From positions 3,348,001 to 3,412,000 of the forward strand of contig NC_043011.1 of NCBI RefSeq assembly GCF_006345805.1: a stretch of 64,000 nt of DNA. Reading direction: 5' to 3'. The stretch's first letter is position 1, and the number at the start of each line of letters is the position of its first letter. The notes under the pieces are model-generated. The model was not told where the DNA came from. It ran no database searches and saw only the letters and a list, made by a program, of their open reading frames with translations. This stretch comes from Octopus sinensis (taxonomy: Eukaryota). This document shows, piece after piece, positions 63,851-64,000 of this stretch. The translations under genes were made by a program, and so were the position numbers.

Positions 63851-64000
63851 TGCACAAAAGCTGCACAATTTTATGCATGAGTAAATATGGTGTGTGTGTG
63901 CATATATATGTATATATATATATACACACACGCACACATAAATATGTGTGTATATGTTGTATATATATATTATGTATATATATATACATACACACACACA

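Overview
Eukaryotic, very AT-rich and repeat-dominated DNA. The repeat content (tRNA-headed CORE-type SINEs, (AAT)n/(TA)n/(CATA)n microsatellites, R4/Dong, RTE, CR1 and Penelope remnants, mariners) points to an octopus or other coleoid cephalopod; this is inference. Almost all of the ORF track is microsatellite or SINE noise. No intact gene, rRNA, true tRNA or CRISPR array is supported. A few splice-site-bounded exon candidates on both strands cannot be assigned to a known protein. The main signal not explained by the ORF track is a set of type I hammerhead ribozyme (HHR) motifs. Three have a complete catalytic core (28823-28911 minus, 30223-30311 plus, 48699-48768 minus) and three are degenerate (17656, 41082, 56743). 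One degenerate motif lies directly downstream of a Penelope-type GIY-YIG ORF. Two intact motifs sit on the arms of a near-perfect palindrome with 600-bp arms (28761-30373), next to a second fold-back that carries a template-switch patch. Other notable items are a TIR element carrying (TTAGGG)n, two pre-miRNA/ADAR-like hairpins, a Helitron nested in a SINE, and a SINE family that appears to insert into its own GGTATTT motif. Repeat boundaries were read by eye and are approximate unless termini or TSDs are quoted.
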